A stretch of DNA of 64,000 bases from an uncultured Actinomycetes bacterium (GTDB lineage: Bacteria; Actinomycetota; Thermoleophilia; RBG-16-64-13): contig CAWJDT010000004.1 in the NCBI GenBank assembly GCA_963841735.1, forward strand, positions 288,001-352,000, given 5' to 3'. The notes beneath the pieces were generated by a model that saw only the letters and a list, made by a program, of their open reading frames with translations, was not told the origin of the DNA and made no database searches. Each line of letters opens with the position of its first letter. Within the stretch, counting starts at the first letter, position 1. Of this stretch, positions 39,840 to 52,863 are shown in pieces. The translations under genes were made by a program, and so were the position numbers.

Positions 39840-40898
39840 GTGAAAGACATCGCCGCGCTGCTCAGGCTGTTCGCCGATGCCCACGGCCTCTCGGGCTATG
39901 AGGACGAAGTGGCCGCTCTGCTCAAGGCGGAACTCGCACCGCTGGTGGACGAGGTCACGATCGACAAGATGGGCAACGTCATCGGTATCCGAGCCGGCGA
40001 GGGCCCGACTGTGATGATCGCCGCGCACATGGATGAGATCGGCGCCATGGTCTCCCATATCGACGACGAGGGATTCCTTCGGGTGGTCCCCATAGGCGGA
40101 TGGTCCGACCAGACCATCCTGGGACAGCGCGTCCTCATCGCGACCACCGACGGGCGCCGCATCCCCGGCGTCGTCGGCTCGCGGCCCCCGCACCTCATGG
40201 ATGCCGAGGAGCGCAAGAGGATCGTCAAGATCAAGGACATGTTTGTCGATTGCGGGGCCACCAGCGCGGCCGCCGCCGCCGACCTGGGTGTCGAGATCGG
40301 TTGCACCGCTACCATCGATCGCCAGCTCCTGCCTCTGGGCCCCGACCTGGTGACCGGCAAGGCCCTCGATAATCGAGCCGGCTGCGCCATGATGGTCTTG
40401 GCGCTGAGACTGCTGAAGAACAAGCCCGTGCGGTCTACCATCCAGGCGGTCGGAACCGTCCAGGAGGAGGTGGGCCTCAAGGGCGCCCGCACCAGCGCGT
40501 ACGGCCTAGCTCCTGACGTAGCCATCGCAACCGACGTCACCATCCCGGGCGACCATCCCGGCGTGACCAAGAGCGAATCGCACGTGTGCGTGGGCAAAGG
40601 CCCGGCCATCACCATCATCGACGCCGCGGGCCGGGGCGTCATCGCCCCCCGTCCGGTAGTGCGCTGGCTCAGGGAGTCGGCCGAGAAGGCCTCCATCCCC
40701 TACCAGCTACAGGTGGGCAATGGCGGCAACACCGACGCCACTGTCATCAGCATCAGCCGGACCGGCATCCCCTGCAGCGTGGTCAGCGTGCCCACCCGCT
40801 ACATCCACTCGCCGGTGGAGGTCCTTTCGCTGCGCGACCTCGAACAAGGCGCCGCGCTCATCGCGGCGGCCATACAATCGGCCCACCTGTACTTCTAA
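39840..40898 (+). CDS. M42-family (TET/FrvX-like) aminopeptidase
   Basis: AHMDEIG, KALDNR, VQEEVG, TDVT, RYIHSP. Confidence 0.9.
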   Translation: MKDIAALLRLFADAHGLSGYEDEVAALLKAELAPLVDEVTIDKMGNVIGIRAGEGPTVMIAAHMDEIGAMVSHIDDEGFLRVVPIGGWSDQTILGQRVLIATTDGRRIPGVVGSRPPHLMDAEERKRIVKIKDMFVDCGATSAAAAADLGVEIGCTATIDRQLLPLGPDLVTGKALDNRAGCAMMVLALRLLKNKPVRSTIQAVGTVQEEVGLKGARTSAYGLAPDVAIATDVTIPGDHPGVTKSESHVCVGKGPAITIIDAAGRGVIAPRPVVRWLRESAEKASIPYQLQVGNGGNTDATVISISRTGIPCSVVSVPTRYIHSPVEVLSLRDLEQGAALIAAAIQSAHLYF

Positions 40899-40965
40899 GC
40901 GGTCACGCGCCGCGCCGGCCGCGCCGCGTGACGAACGACCCACCGGGGGCCTCGGCTTTGACGCT

Positions 40966-42365
40966 CTACTCGCTGGCCTTCCGCGCCCGCTGCGCCCGCT
41001 CCCAAACAGCCGCCTCCGCATGGAGATCTGCCGCCATGGACGCGGGCACCCTACCCCACACGCGGACGTCCTCGTCGCGATACTCGAATTCCACCGTGCC
41101 TCGCTCCCGCACCCGGGCCAGCAGCTCGCCCGCCGAGTAGGGTACGGCCACGTCCACCTCGGTCCACAACTCAGCCAGCACGGTCCCCATCATGTCCCGA
41201 AGCTCAGGGATGCCGGCCCCGCTGAGTGCCGACACCTTCAGGGCGTAGCGATCATCCCGGCGCAATACCCCGCCGGAGCCTTCGCGGCCTGCCACCACCG
41301 GGGCGGCATCGGCAAGGTCGGTCTTGTTGAGCACCACCACGCGGGGTTTGTGTCCCGCTCCCAACTCGTCCAAAACGGTCTGCACCGTCCTACGGTGCTC
41401 GGTGGCGTGCCGGTCGGCCATATCCACCACCTCCAACAGCACGTCCGCCCTCACGACCTCCTCCAGGGTGGCCTGGAAGGCCTCCACCAACTGGTGGGGC
41501 AGCTTGTGGATGAAGCCCACTGTGTCGCTGACGATGATCGTCTGGCCTTCGTGTAACCGTACCTTCCGCGTGGTGGGATCGAGCGTGGCGAAAAGCATGT
41601 CCTCCACCATCGCCGCCTCTTCGCCCACCAAGGCGTTGAGCAGAGTGGACTTGCCGGCGTTGGTGTAGCCCACGATTGCCATCGTGGGCAGTAGGCGCCG
41701 CTCCCTGGCGCGGGCTGCGGTCTCCCGCCTGCGCCGCACCTCTTCCACCCTCGCCCTCGTCTTCTTGATGCGTTCCCGGATGACCCGGCGATCGGTCTCA
41801 AGCTGGGTCTCGCCGGGACCTCTACGCGTGCCGATGCCGCCACCCATACGCGAAAGGTGGGTCCACATGCGAGTAAGGCGGGGCAACTGGTACTCCAGCC
41901 GGGCCAACTCCACTTGGATGCGCCCCTCGTGAGTGTGGGCCCGCTGGGCAAAGATGTCGAGGATCACAGCACTGCGATCCAAGACCTTCACCTCCAAAAG
42001 ATCTTCCAGTTTCCGCTGCTGCTTGGGAGAGAGCTCGTCATCGGCCACCAGCATGTTGAAGTGGGTCTCCGCCTTGGCCGAGTTGAGCTCCTCGGCTTTG
42101 CCGCTGCCCAGGTACCACAACGGATGCACCGTCTCGCGGTTCTGGAAGGTGCTGCCCACCACCTCACCGCCGGCGGTCTCGACCAAGGCCGCCAGCTCCA
42201 GCAGAGATTCCTCCGCGGTCCACCCGGCAGTCTTGCCGGTGTCCACGGCGATGAGATAGGCTCGCTCCGGCTCCGGAATCCCCTTACTGTCGAACACCGA
42301 CCGCTTTCCTACGCCGACCCCGGCCGCCTTGTCGGCTCCGGTCTCCGTATCGTTTTCAGCGCCGC

Positions 42366-42369
<4 letters not shown>
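40966..42369 (-). CDS. hflX: Ribosome-splitting GTPase HflX
   Basis: [36 protein letters not shown]. Confidence 0.95.
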
Positions 42370-45290
<2,921 letters not shown>

Positions 45291-45368
45291 GGCCAGGGAT
45301 TCTATCAGGTGGTGCGGACAGCAGACCGGCACCAGCGCAAGCCGCGCCGTACCGCGACCGCCGTCGCC

Positions 45369-46523
45369 TCACCCCGCCCGAGCCGCCCCCACCAGCCGCT
45401 CTCTCAGTCGCCTGACCACATCGCGCTGCGCCTCCAACGCCGGGTGCTCCGTCGACCGGACCTTCGCGTGAAACAGGGCCAGGTTCATCTGCTGCCGCAT
45501 AAGCTGTTTGAGTACCGAGCGGGCGTAGCCGCCCCCGCTCTTCTTCATCTTCCGCAAGGCCCGGCGCCTTCTCCGGCCACTCAGCAGCACCTGGAATTCC
45601 CCGGCACTCACCGCCTCTGAGCCCACTTCCGACTTCATCAGTGCGGCGAAAGCCCTCCCCTCTCTCCGCCTGGCAAAGACTACCAGCATCACCAGCAAGA
45701 TCAGAAATGGCAGGCCCTTGATGACCAGAGCCAACGCGAAAGCACCCGTCCCCTTGCTCATAAGCGATTCCAGCCACGGAGAGTTCCACACGAAATGCGC
45801 CGCCCAAGACAAGAACGCGAACAAGGTGAAGATGCTCAGACGTCTGCTCAGGGTACTGCCTCGCTGGGTAACGAAGTAGGCGAAACCGAAGCCCATGAGC
45901 CCGCTGAACAGCATATGGCTGTAGAGGCCGGAGAGGATCACCCGCAAGAAGAACATGGTGACCACGGGTCCGGTCTGGCCGCCCGCATCACCAGCCGCGA
46001 CCATGAAGTACTGCACGTTCTCGACGACCTGGAAACCCAGTCCGATCATGGCCCCATACACCAGCCCGTCCATGACGCTGTCGAACTCGGCGCGGGCCAT
46101 GAGATAGATCATCACGAGGCCCGCGCCCTTGTACAGCTCCTCATCGATGGGCGCCACCACAGCGGCGGCCCAGGCATCCACCCTGACCGCGGGCAGCATG
46201 TGCTGAAGGAAATCGAGAGCCCAAGTGTTCACCAGTGCAGCGAACGCCAAGGCGACGACCCCGCCCCATAGCAGCGCGACCACGATGAGTGAGGCCGGCT
46301 CCGGTTCGAACTGGTCCAGACGGTAGATGATCACTCCCGCGGGGATGGCAGTGGCGGCCAACAACACCACGGAGAGCAGCCAGGCCGCGGGGTTCGTCGT
46401 GATGTATCCCACCTGCTCCAGCCCCACAAGGCCGAAGCACGACACCAGAAGCATCAGAAAGAGATAGAAGGCCGGCTGTCGCGCCAGTCCAGGAGGAGCG
46501 GTGGACAGAGCTGAGTCGTTCAT
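45369..46523 (-). CDS. PrsW-family intramembrane metalloprotease
   Basis: EPEP, APIDEELYK, DGLVYGAMIGLGFQVVEN, HMLFS, AHFVWN. Confidence 0.88.
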   Translation of the reverse strand: MNDSALSTAPPGLARQPAFYLFLMLLVSCFGLVGLEQVGYITTNPAAWLLSVVLLAATAIPAGVIIYRLDQFEPEPASLIVVALLWGGVVALAFAALVNTWALDFLQHMLPAVRVDAWAAAVVAPIDEELYKGAGLVMIYLMARAEFDSVMDGLVYGAMIGLGFQVVENVQYFMVAAGDAGGQTGPVVTMFFLRVILSGLYSHMLFSGLMGFGFAYFVTQRGSTLSRRLSIFTLFAFLSWAAHFVWNSPWLESLMSKGTGAFALALVIKGLPFLILLVMLVVFARRREGRAFAALMKSEVGSEAVSAGEFQVLLSGRRRRRALRKMKKSGGGYARSVLKQLMRQQMNLALFHAKVRSTEHPALEAQRDVVRRLRERLVGAARAG

Positions 46524-47131
46524 CGAGGCACCACCAGACCGGAAAGCATCGAGTCCAGGTCATTCTGCACCTGGGAGAGTTGGCCCTCCGGGGCTTCGGC
46601 CCACATGGTCACCCCTAGGGCTCCATGCGTGGCCACTACAACTTCGCCCTCCACTCGCCCATACGATGCCGTCCCGCTGAACACCACAGCCAGGCCGGCA
46701 AGGTCGCCGGCCACGGTGACTGCCGCCCCGGGCAAGGCCCGTAAATGCTCGTACTGTCCCTCCAAGATGGTAAGCATCTCGGCCAACAATTCGTCGTTCG
46801 TGCCGGCGTACTCCTCCACCCAGAAGGCGACATAGGCTCCCGAGCTCTGCAGAGATATGCCTGTCGGACCCACGTCCCATACCTCCGCCGCCGAGTACCA
46901 CCCGTCGGCAGGCGTGACGATGACCCCCAGGTTCACTTCTACGGGGACCTCGACGTTCGGATCGTTGGATGCGGTCGCCGAGGCCAGCAAGAACACCAGG
47001 ATCATCCACCCGAACATCACCGCCAGCAAGATCATGGACCCTCGCCACGAGGATCGACGCTCGTCGTCGTCCGGCAAAGGCCTCGGCTCAGCCCCAAGGG
47101 AGGAGTACATAGATGGGCCCACCTGGTTCAT
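46520..47131 (-). CDS. Single-TM membrane-anchored hypothetical protein with possible PsbP/Mog1-like extracellular domain
   Basis: One hydrophobic helix, then TPADGW...beta-rich...LDSMLSGL; stop overlaps the PrsW start. Confidence 0.65.
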   Translation of the reverse strand: MNQVGPSMYSSLGAEPRPLPDDDERRSSWRGSMILLAVMFGWMILVFLLASATASNDPNVEVPVEVNLGVIVTPADGWYSAAEVWDVGPTGISLQSSGAYVAFWVEEYAGTNDELLAEMLTILEGQYEHLRALPGAAVTVAGDLAGLAVVFSGTASYGRVEGEVVVATHGALGVTMWAEAPEGQLSQVQNDLDSMLSGLVVPR

Positions 47132-47289
47132 CGAGATGCTGTCGGCCTCCTGATCGCGGCCCGCCTATTGAGACAGGCCTACAACCGCCCACTTTACCAG
47201 AGGGTGATTCCCGCAAGGTGGCGACTGTTTGTCTGGTCTTCCATCGACAGTTCCTTGCTAGGGCCACTCATCTCTCCGGCCCAAGAATG

Positions 47290-47321
47290 CCGAAAACCCG
47301 GCTCTTGGCCGGGTTTTCGGT
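47290..47321. terminator. Hairpin terminator downstream of tRNA-Ala
   Basis: CCGAAAACCCGGC-tcttg-GCCGGGTTTTCGG inverted repeat. Confidence 0.65.
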
Positions 47322-47340
47322 TCAAGCTTCGAGATCTTAG

Positions 47341-47413
47341 TGGAGGTAAGGGGACTCGAACCCCTGGCCTCAACGCTGCCAGCGTCGCGCTCTCCCAACT
47401 GAGCTATACCCCC
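47341..47413 (-). tRNA. tRNA-Ala(GGC), CCA not encoded
   Basis: GGGGGTATAGCTCAGTTGGGAGAGCG..CTGGCAG..GGTTCGAGTCC..TACCTCCA; G3:U70 Ala identity pair; promoter TTGCGC-17-TATAAT at 47431-47459. Confidence 0.96.
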
Positions 47414-47523
47414 ACGGTAAGCGGCCACGGATTATAACCGCTGCCCCTGCGTCGCGCAACCGAACGACGCCGGGCACTCTGCCCGCTAGATCGCCGCCGG
47501 ACGCCCGGCGACCGCTGCAGCCT

Positions 47524-47955
47524 CTACTCCACGCTTTCCACCGGGGCCTGCTTCCAAAGCACGTCCAGACGGTAGAACTCGCGCGTCTCCGGGGTGAAGA
47601 TGTGCACCACGAAGTCCAAGAAGTCCATCAATATCCACTCACCGTCAGCCGCGCCCTCTATAGCTCTGGGTCCAGCCCCGGATTCGGCCTTGATCCTGAA
47701 GCCGATCTCCTCGGCGATGCGCCTGGTCAGACGGGCGTTGCGGCCGGTGCACAGCACCAGAAAGTCCGTGTAGGTGACCAGCTCGTGCATGTCGAGCAAC
47801 ACGACCTGTTCGCCCTTCACGTCCACCGCGGCCTGTGCTGCCAGACGAGCCCGGTCGTGAATGACCTGCAACTCGGCCTCAGAGAGAGCCGCCCTCGGGG
47901 GACGCTCACGTTTCTCGAGACTCTCCAAATCGGGCAGTTTGTTTTCTTCGGACAT
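47524..47955 (-). CDS. rsfS: Ribosome silencing factor
   Basis: DVKGEQVVLLD, TDFLVLCTG, WILMDFLDFVVHIF, RLDVLW. Confidence 0.92.
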   Translation of the reverse strand: MSEENKLPDLESLEKRERPPRAALSEAELQVIHDRARLAAQAAVDVKGEQVVLLDMHELVTYTDFLVLCTGRNARLTRRIAEEIGFRIKAESGAGPRAIEGAADGEWILMDFLDFVVHIFTPETREFYRLDVLWKQAPVESVE

Positions 47956-47977
47956 ATCCGTGTTCAACTCCTCTTTG

Positions 47978-49525
47978 CTACTCCCACTCGATGGTCGCCG
48001 GAGGCTTGCTGGAGATATCCAGCGCCACCCGGTTGACACCAGGGACTTCATTGATGATGCGCTGGGAGACGATCTCCAGCAAGTCGTAGGGCAGCCGCGC
48101 CCAGTCGGCCGTCATGGCATCGTTGGATGTGACCGCCCGCACGATTATCGGATAAGCATACGTGCGCTCGTCACCCATGACCCCTACGCTGCGTATGGCC
48201 GGCAGCACAGCGAACGACTGCCATATCTCCCGATAGAGACCGGCTTTCTTGATCTCATCCAAGAAGATGGCGTCTGCCTCCCGCAATATCTCAAGCCGTT
48301 CCTCGGTGACCTCGCCGATAATGCGGATGGCCAATCCCGGGCCGGGGAAAGGCTGCCGCCAGACCAAATCTTCCGGCAGGCCCAACTCCTCGCCCACCAC
48401 CCGCACCTCGTCTTTGAACAGCATGCGGAGCGGCTCCACTAGCTCGAAGTCCACATCGTCCGGAAGCCCGCCGACGTTGTGATGCGATTTGATAACAGCC
48501 GCGGCGCTGGTGCCCGACTCGATGACGTCGGGATAGATAGTGCCCTGCACCAGGAACTTGGCCTTGCCCAGTTTGTGCGACTCTTCTTCGAAGGTGCGGA
48601 TGAACTCCTCGCCGATGATCTTGCGTTTGCGCTCAGGCTCAGTGACGCCGGCAAGTTTGCCTATGAAGCGCTCCTGGGCCCGCACATGCACCAACGGCAC
48701 TCGGAAGTGGCGCTGGAAGGTCGCCTCCACTTGTTCTGCCTCGTTCTTGCGCATCAGCCCGTGGTCGACAAAGATACAGGTGAGTTGGTCACCGACCGCC
48801 TTGTACACCATGAGAGCCGCCACGGCGGAATCCACGCCACCCGACAGCCCACAGACCACCTGTTCACTGCCCACCTGAGCACGGATGCGTTCCACAGCCT
48901 CTTCGATGATGGACACCGGCGTCCACGTAGGGGCTATGTCGCAGACCGAGTAGAGGAAATTCTTAAGAATGTCCTGTCCGTGTTCGGTATGACGAACCTC
49001 GGGATGGAACTGCACCCCATACAACCCGGAACTCGGGTCGGCCATGGCCGCCACCGGCATGTTGGGACTGCTTGCGGTGACCGCGAAGCCCGAGGGCACC
49101 TCTACCACCGAGTCGCCGTGGCTCATCCAGCAGGCAATTTCGTTAGGCAGGCCTGCGAACAAGGTGCCCTTCTCGCTCACCGTGAGAGGCCGCCCCCCGT
49201 ATTCGGCAACGCCGGTGCGCTCCACCCGTCCGCCCCTCAGCTTGGCTATGAGCTGCAATCCGTAGCAGATGCCCAGAATCGGCACGCCCAGCGAGAAGAT
49301 CTCGGGGTCAACCGTGGGCGCGCCCGCTTCGTTCACGCTGCGCGGACCACCCGAGAAGATGATGCCCATCGGGGCAGCCGCTTTGATCTCAGCGAAAGGC
49401 GTGTCGTAGGGAATCAACTCTGAGTACACCCGGCATTCGCGAACCCGCCGGGCTATGAGCTGTGAATACTGGCCACCAAAATCGATAACCAGCACCTTCT
49501 TGATGTCATCCCCACTATTTTTCAG
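47978..49525 (-). CDS. guaA: GMP synthase (glutamine-hydrolysing); start possibly CTG
   Basis: [48 protein letters not shown]. Confidence 0.96.
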   Translation of the reverse strand: MKNSGDDIKKVLVIDFGGQYSQLIARRVRECRVYSELIPYDTPFAEIKAAAPMGIIFSGGPRSVNEAGAPTVDPEIFSLGVPILGICYGLQLIAKLRGGRVERTGVAEYGGRPLTVSEKGTLFAGLPNEIACWMSHGDSVVEVPSGFAVTASSPNMPVAAMADPSSGLYGVQFHPEVRHTEHGQDILKNFLYSVCDIAPTWTPVSIIEEAVERIRAQVGSEQVVCGLSGGVDSAVAALMVYKAVGDQLTCIFVDHGLMRKNEAEQVEATFQRHFRVPLVHVRAQERFIGKLAGVTEPERKRKIIGEEFIRTFEEESHKLGKAKFLVQGTIYPDVIESGTSAAAVIKSHHNVGGLPDDVDFELVEPLRMLFKDEVRVVGEELGLPEDLVWRQPFPGPGLAIRIIGEVTEERLEILREADAIFLDEIKKAGLYREIWQSFAVLPAIRSVGVMGDERTYAYPIIVRAVTSNDAMTADWARLPYDLLEIVSQRIINEVPGVNRVALDISSKPPATIEWE

Positions 49526-50465
49526 CAGAAACCTCCTCCAGTTCCACCATCTTCGCGAACTTCTCCGCGTCGGCAGGCGAAAATACGCCGGCCCCGTAAC
49601 CGACAAGGTTGGCGGCAGCGCAGCCTAGACCAAAGCGCAGGCAGTCGGCCGGTGTATCGCCCTCGAGCAGCCGCACTGAATACCCGCCCACCAGAGCATC
49701 TCCCCATCCGAGGGGCGACACGACATCCACCGCGGGCATCTTGCCCACGAACACCCTACTACCTTCGCCGTCAGCGAGTTCTGCTACACACCCATACCGG
49801 TGTGTTATCACCACGGAGCCGCCCCCCATCTCGTGCATGGTACGTGCGGCGGCGATCTGGTCCTCCATGCCGGCAAATTCATAGCCGATGACCTTCTCCG
49901 CTTCCACCATCTTGGGGAAGACGTAGTCGGGCCCAGCCTTGATGCCATGGCGTAGCGGTTCGCCGTAGGTGTACAGAAACGCCACTAGGCCCAAGGAACG
50001 CACATGCCGAATCAAACCGGCATAGCAGTCGTCGTCGAGGCCCGGCGGCACGCTCCCGGCGAAGACCACTACGTCGGCAGCTTTGCCCAAGTAGTCGATC
50101 TTCTCGTGCAACATCGCCAGATCGTCCGCGTTGATCTCGGGGCCCTGCTCGTTTATCTCAGTGACCGCGTTATTAGCCGGATCCACTACTGCAGTGGATA
50201 CACGCGATTCGCCACTCACCCGCACGAAGTCACACATGATGCCCTCTTCGTTGAGGTCGGCGACTATCTGGTCGCCCTTGCGTCCTCCGACGAAACCAGT
50301 GGCGATAACCGGGCGGCCGAGGCCCCGGGCCGCCCGCGCGACATTGATTCCCTTGCCCCCAGGCAGCATCACGGTCTCGGTCGCCCGATGCCGGAATCCC
50401 ACCTGGAAGTTGGGCACCGTCATGGTGCGATCCAAGGCCGGGTTGAGCGTGACCGTCAGGATCAT
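49515..50465 (-). CDS. PfkB/1-phosphofructokinase-family sugar kinase
   Basis: [29 protein letters not shown] (variant of GAGD). Confidence 0.87.
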   Translation of the reverse strand: MILTVTLNPALDRTMTVPNFQVGFRHRATETVMLPGGKGINVARAARGLGRPVIATGFVGGRKGDQIVADLNEEGIMCDFVRVSGESRVSTAVVDPANNAVTEINEQGPEINADDLAMLHEKIDYLGKAADVVVFAGSVPPGLDDDCYAGLIRHVRSLGLVAFLYTYGEPLRHGIKAGPDYVFPKMVEAEKVIGYEFAGMEDQIAAARTMHEMGGGSVVITHRYGCVAELADGEGSRVFVGKMPAVDVVSPLGWGDALVGGYSVRLLEGDTPADCLRFGLGCAAANLVGYGAGVFSPADAEKFAKMVELEEVSAEK

Positions 50466-50485
50466 GGGCGAAAGCCTCCCATCGT

Positions 50486-51745
50486 CTAAACCAATCCTCC
50501 CAGCCATCTGCCTAGGCGCTTGAAGTAATAAGACACTTTGGAGCCAAGTCTGGCCTCGTCATACGAAGCCGACGCCACCAGGTTGACCTCCCCAACGGCC
50601 TCGCCGGCGATGGTCATGGTGACCTGACCGTAAATATCCCCGGCCCGTACCGGAAGCACGAGCGGCCGATCGATCACCACCGAGGTGGTGACAGTATCGT
50701 CTTTGTACAGTTCCATTTCCGCGGTGCTCTCCGTCAGCAGCCGCACAACCCCGTCTATCTTATAGGGTACCTTGGCTTCAGCCACGGCCGTGCCCGATTC
50801 GAGCAGAGTGACGTGACGGCATTGTTTCAATCCGTAGGCCAGAAGGGTCTCACTCTCGTCAAAGCACAAGGCGGATACCGGCTGCCCCAGCACGACGCAG
50901 ATCACCGAGACGTCGTCCTTGGTCGCCGACGACACCAGGCATTGCTCGGCCTTTGGCGTGAGACCCGTCTTGATGCCCGTGACCCAACTGTCTCTGGTCA
51001 GCAGTTTGTTCGTGTTGGTCAACTCCAGCGGCGAGTCGCGCCCCGGCATCTGGACCGAATAGTTCTGGGTGTGCACAATCTGCCGGAACCTCTCGTTCTG
51101 CATGGCGTAACGGGCAAGCGTCGCCATGTCAGCCGGCGTCGAGTAGTGACCCTCGGCGTCCAATCCGTTGGGATTGACGAAATGCGTGTCGTTCATGCCC
51201 AGTTCGGCCGCTTTGGCGTTCATCATCGCCGCGAAGGCATCGACGCTGCCGGCACAGGCCTCAGCGAGTGCCACAGCCGCTGCGTTCGCGCTTCGAAGCA
51301 TCATGCAATACAGGAACTCCTCCGTGGTAAGCACGTCGCCTTCGCGCAGCCAGTACTTCGGCTCGATCGTATTGGCAGCCTTCTTCGAAGCCGTGATGGG
51401 AGTCGAGAGGTCCATCTTCTCAAGCACTAGGATCGCCGTCATGATCTTCGTTGTGGAGGCCATACGTCGTTGCTCGTAGGCGTCCCACTCGTAAAGCACC
51501 TTGCCGGTGTCCTGGTTGATCACAATGGCGGCCGGCGAGTCGATTCTGGGAGCGTTGTCGTCGTAGTCGCCCAGATCCCTGGCCGAGACAGTGAAGCTCG
51601 AGACCTGACCGTTCGGCGCTGGCTCAAGCGTAGTGGTGGTCGCGCCGTCGGCCACGCCGGCCAGGGTGGCCACCAAGGTCCCGAGTATTACGAGGAAAAC
51701 AAGGAGCGTCAGCAACCGCCCCCGGCGAGCTGTCACAGGCATCAT
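50486..51745 (-). CDS. D-alanyl-D-alanine carboxypeptidase (peptidase S11), probably leaderless
   Basis: ASTTK, SAN, KTG motifs, N-terminal signal/TM; TGcTATACT -10 lies 7 nt before the ATG. Confidence 0.9.
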   Translation of the reverse strand: MMPVTARRGRLLTLLVFLVILGTLVATLAGVADGATTTTLEPAPNGQVSSFTVSARDLGDYDDNAPRIDSPAAIVINQDTGKVLYEWDAYEQRRMASTTKIMTAILVLEKMDLSTPITASKKAANTIEPKYWLREGDVLTTEEFLYCMMLRSANAAAVALAEACAGSVDAFAAMMNAKAAELGMNDTHFVNPNGLDAEGHYSTPADMATLARYAMQNERFRQIVHTQNYSVQMPGRDSPLELTNTNKLLTRDSWVTGIKTGLTPKAEQCLVSSATKDDVSVICVVLGQPVSALCFDESETLLAYGLKQCRHVTLLESGTAVAEAKVPYKIDGVVRLLTESTAEMELYKDDTVTTSVVIDRPLVLPVRAGDIYGQVTMTIAGEAVGEVNLVASASYDEARLGSKVSYYFKRLGRWLGGLV

Positions 51746-51902
51746 GCAGCGGAGTATAGCATGGGGTCCCGGCGCCACTCCCTGGGCCGCCCCAGGCTTC
51801 CGGAGCGCGCTTGCCCCGGTGTTATACTTCGGGCCGCAGCGGCCCCGCGCGTGCATTCTTCGTGAAGCTTCATTTTTGGCCAAGTTGTAGGGAGGTGGAG
51901 CT

Positions 51903-52661
51903 ATAGCTGAAGTACTTCGTCAGGCGTGGAGCCGTCTGACCCGCAAGCAATGGCTCATCCTGTATCCGTTTGCGCTGTCTATCGTGGGAACCATCACGTT
52001 CTTCGCGGTCTACGCCGCCGGGCAGGAAACTTTGACGCTCAGCGGATTCTTCAAAGCGGACTTCAATCGCTCTCTCTACTTGCGCGATCATTTCTTCACC
52101 GGGTTCTCCTGGGACCAAGGGCTGCTCGCGCCTGTCCTGGCCGGCGTGGCATTCTGCGGGTTCTGCGCTCTCATACAAGCCGCCTTCCTCCGCGCCATCG
52201 CCGGCCCCCGTTACCCATTGGTGCCGCGCAAATTGCCCGACGCACTCAGGCTATTCGTCTTCTACCTACTCCTATATACCGTCACGTTTGTGGCCCCCCT
52301 GCCCGGCCCCAATGACGGCGCGCCCTACCTACTTATCATCACGTTTCTCCAGGTGGTCTCACTCCTGGTCACCTTCACGGATTACGTCATCGTCTACGAG
52401 TCGGCGGGAGTGCTGACGGGCATGCGACGCAGCCTGAAACTGGTCGGGCTCCGGCTGGGCACGGTTGTTTCCATCTACGTGGTCCTCACCCTGGTGCTCA
52501 TAGCCGTCAGAAGGCTGTATTCCCTCTACTTCGACGAGGCCGCCAGAGTCTTCGTCCTCTTGCCCGTGAGCCGGATGCTCGTCGATTCATTTGTGTTCCT
52601 GTTCGCCAACCTGGTACTCGTGTTCCTCTACGAGGACCTCCGGCGCCACAGTCCCTCCTGA
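51903..52661 (+). CDS. Multi-TM hypothetical membrane protein; probable ATA start
   Basis: About 6 hydrophobic segments; frame is open back to an ATA 6 nt after GGAGGT, with an in-frame TAG just before the SD. Confidence 0.7.
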   Translation: MAEVLRQAWSRLTRKQWLILYPFALSIVGTITFFAVYAAGQETLTLSGFFKADFNRSLYLRDHFFTGFSWDQGLLAPVLAGVAFCGFCALIQAAFLRAIAGPRYPLVPRKLPDALRLFVFYLLLYTVTFVAPLPGPNDGAPYLLIITFLQVVSLLVTFTDYVIVYESAGVLTGMRRSLKLVGLRLGTVVSIYVVLTLVLIAVRRLYSLYFDEAARVFVLLPVSRMLVDSFVFLFANLVLVFLYEDLRRHSPS

Positions 52662-52662
52662 C

Positions 52663-52863
52663 CTAGGGCACGATCAACAAGGTCGCCTCGGTGGTGATCG
52701 GCGGCACCGGCCCGACCCGTTCCTGGTGTCCGTGTATGACCCCGCCGAGTACCAGTCCGCTAACGATAGCCACCACTATCACAAGCAACGCCAACGGGAT
52801 GACTATCTGGTAAAGCGGCTCCGCCTTCTTATACGTCTGATAGGCCGGTTCGCCCTCAAGCAC
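52663..52863 (-). CDS. Small single-TM hypothetical protein (66 aa)
   Basis: Start overlaps the pyrF end; one long hydrophobic helix; fills the gap exactly. Confidence 0.5.
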   Translation of the reverse strand: MLEGEPAYQTYKKAEPLYQIVIPLALLVIVVAIVSGLVLGGVIHGHQERVGPVPPITTEATLLIVP

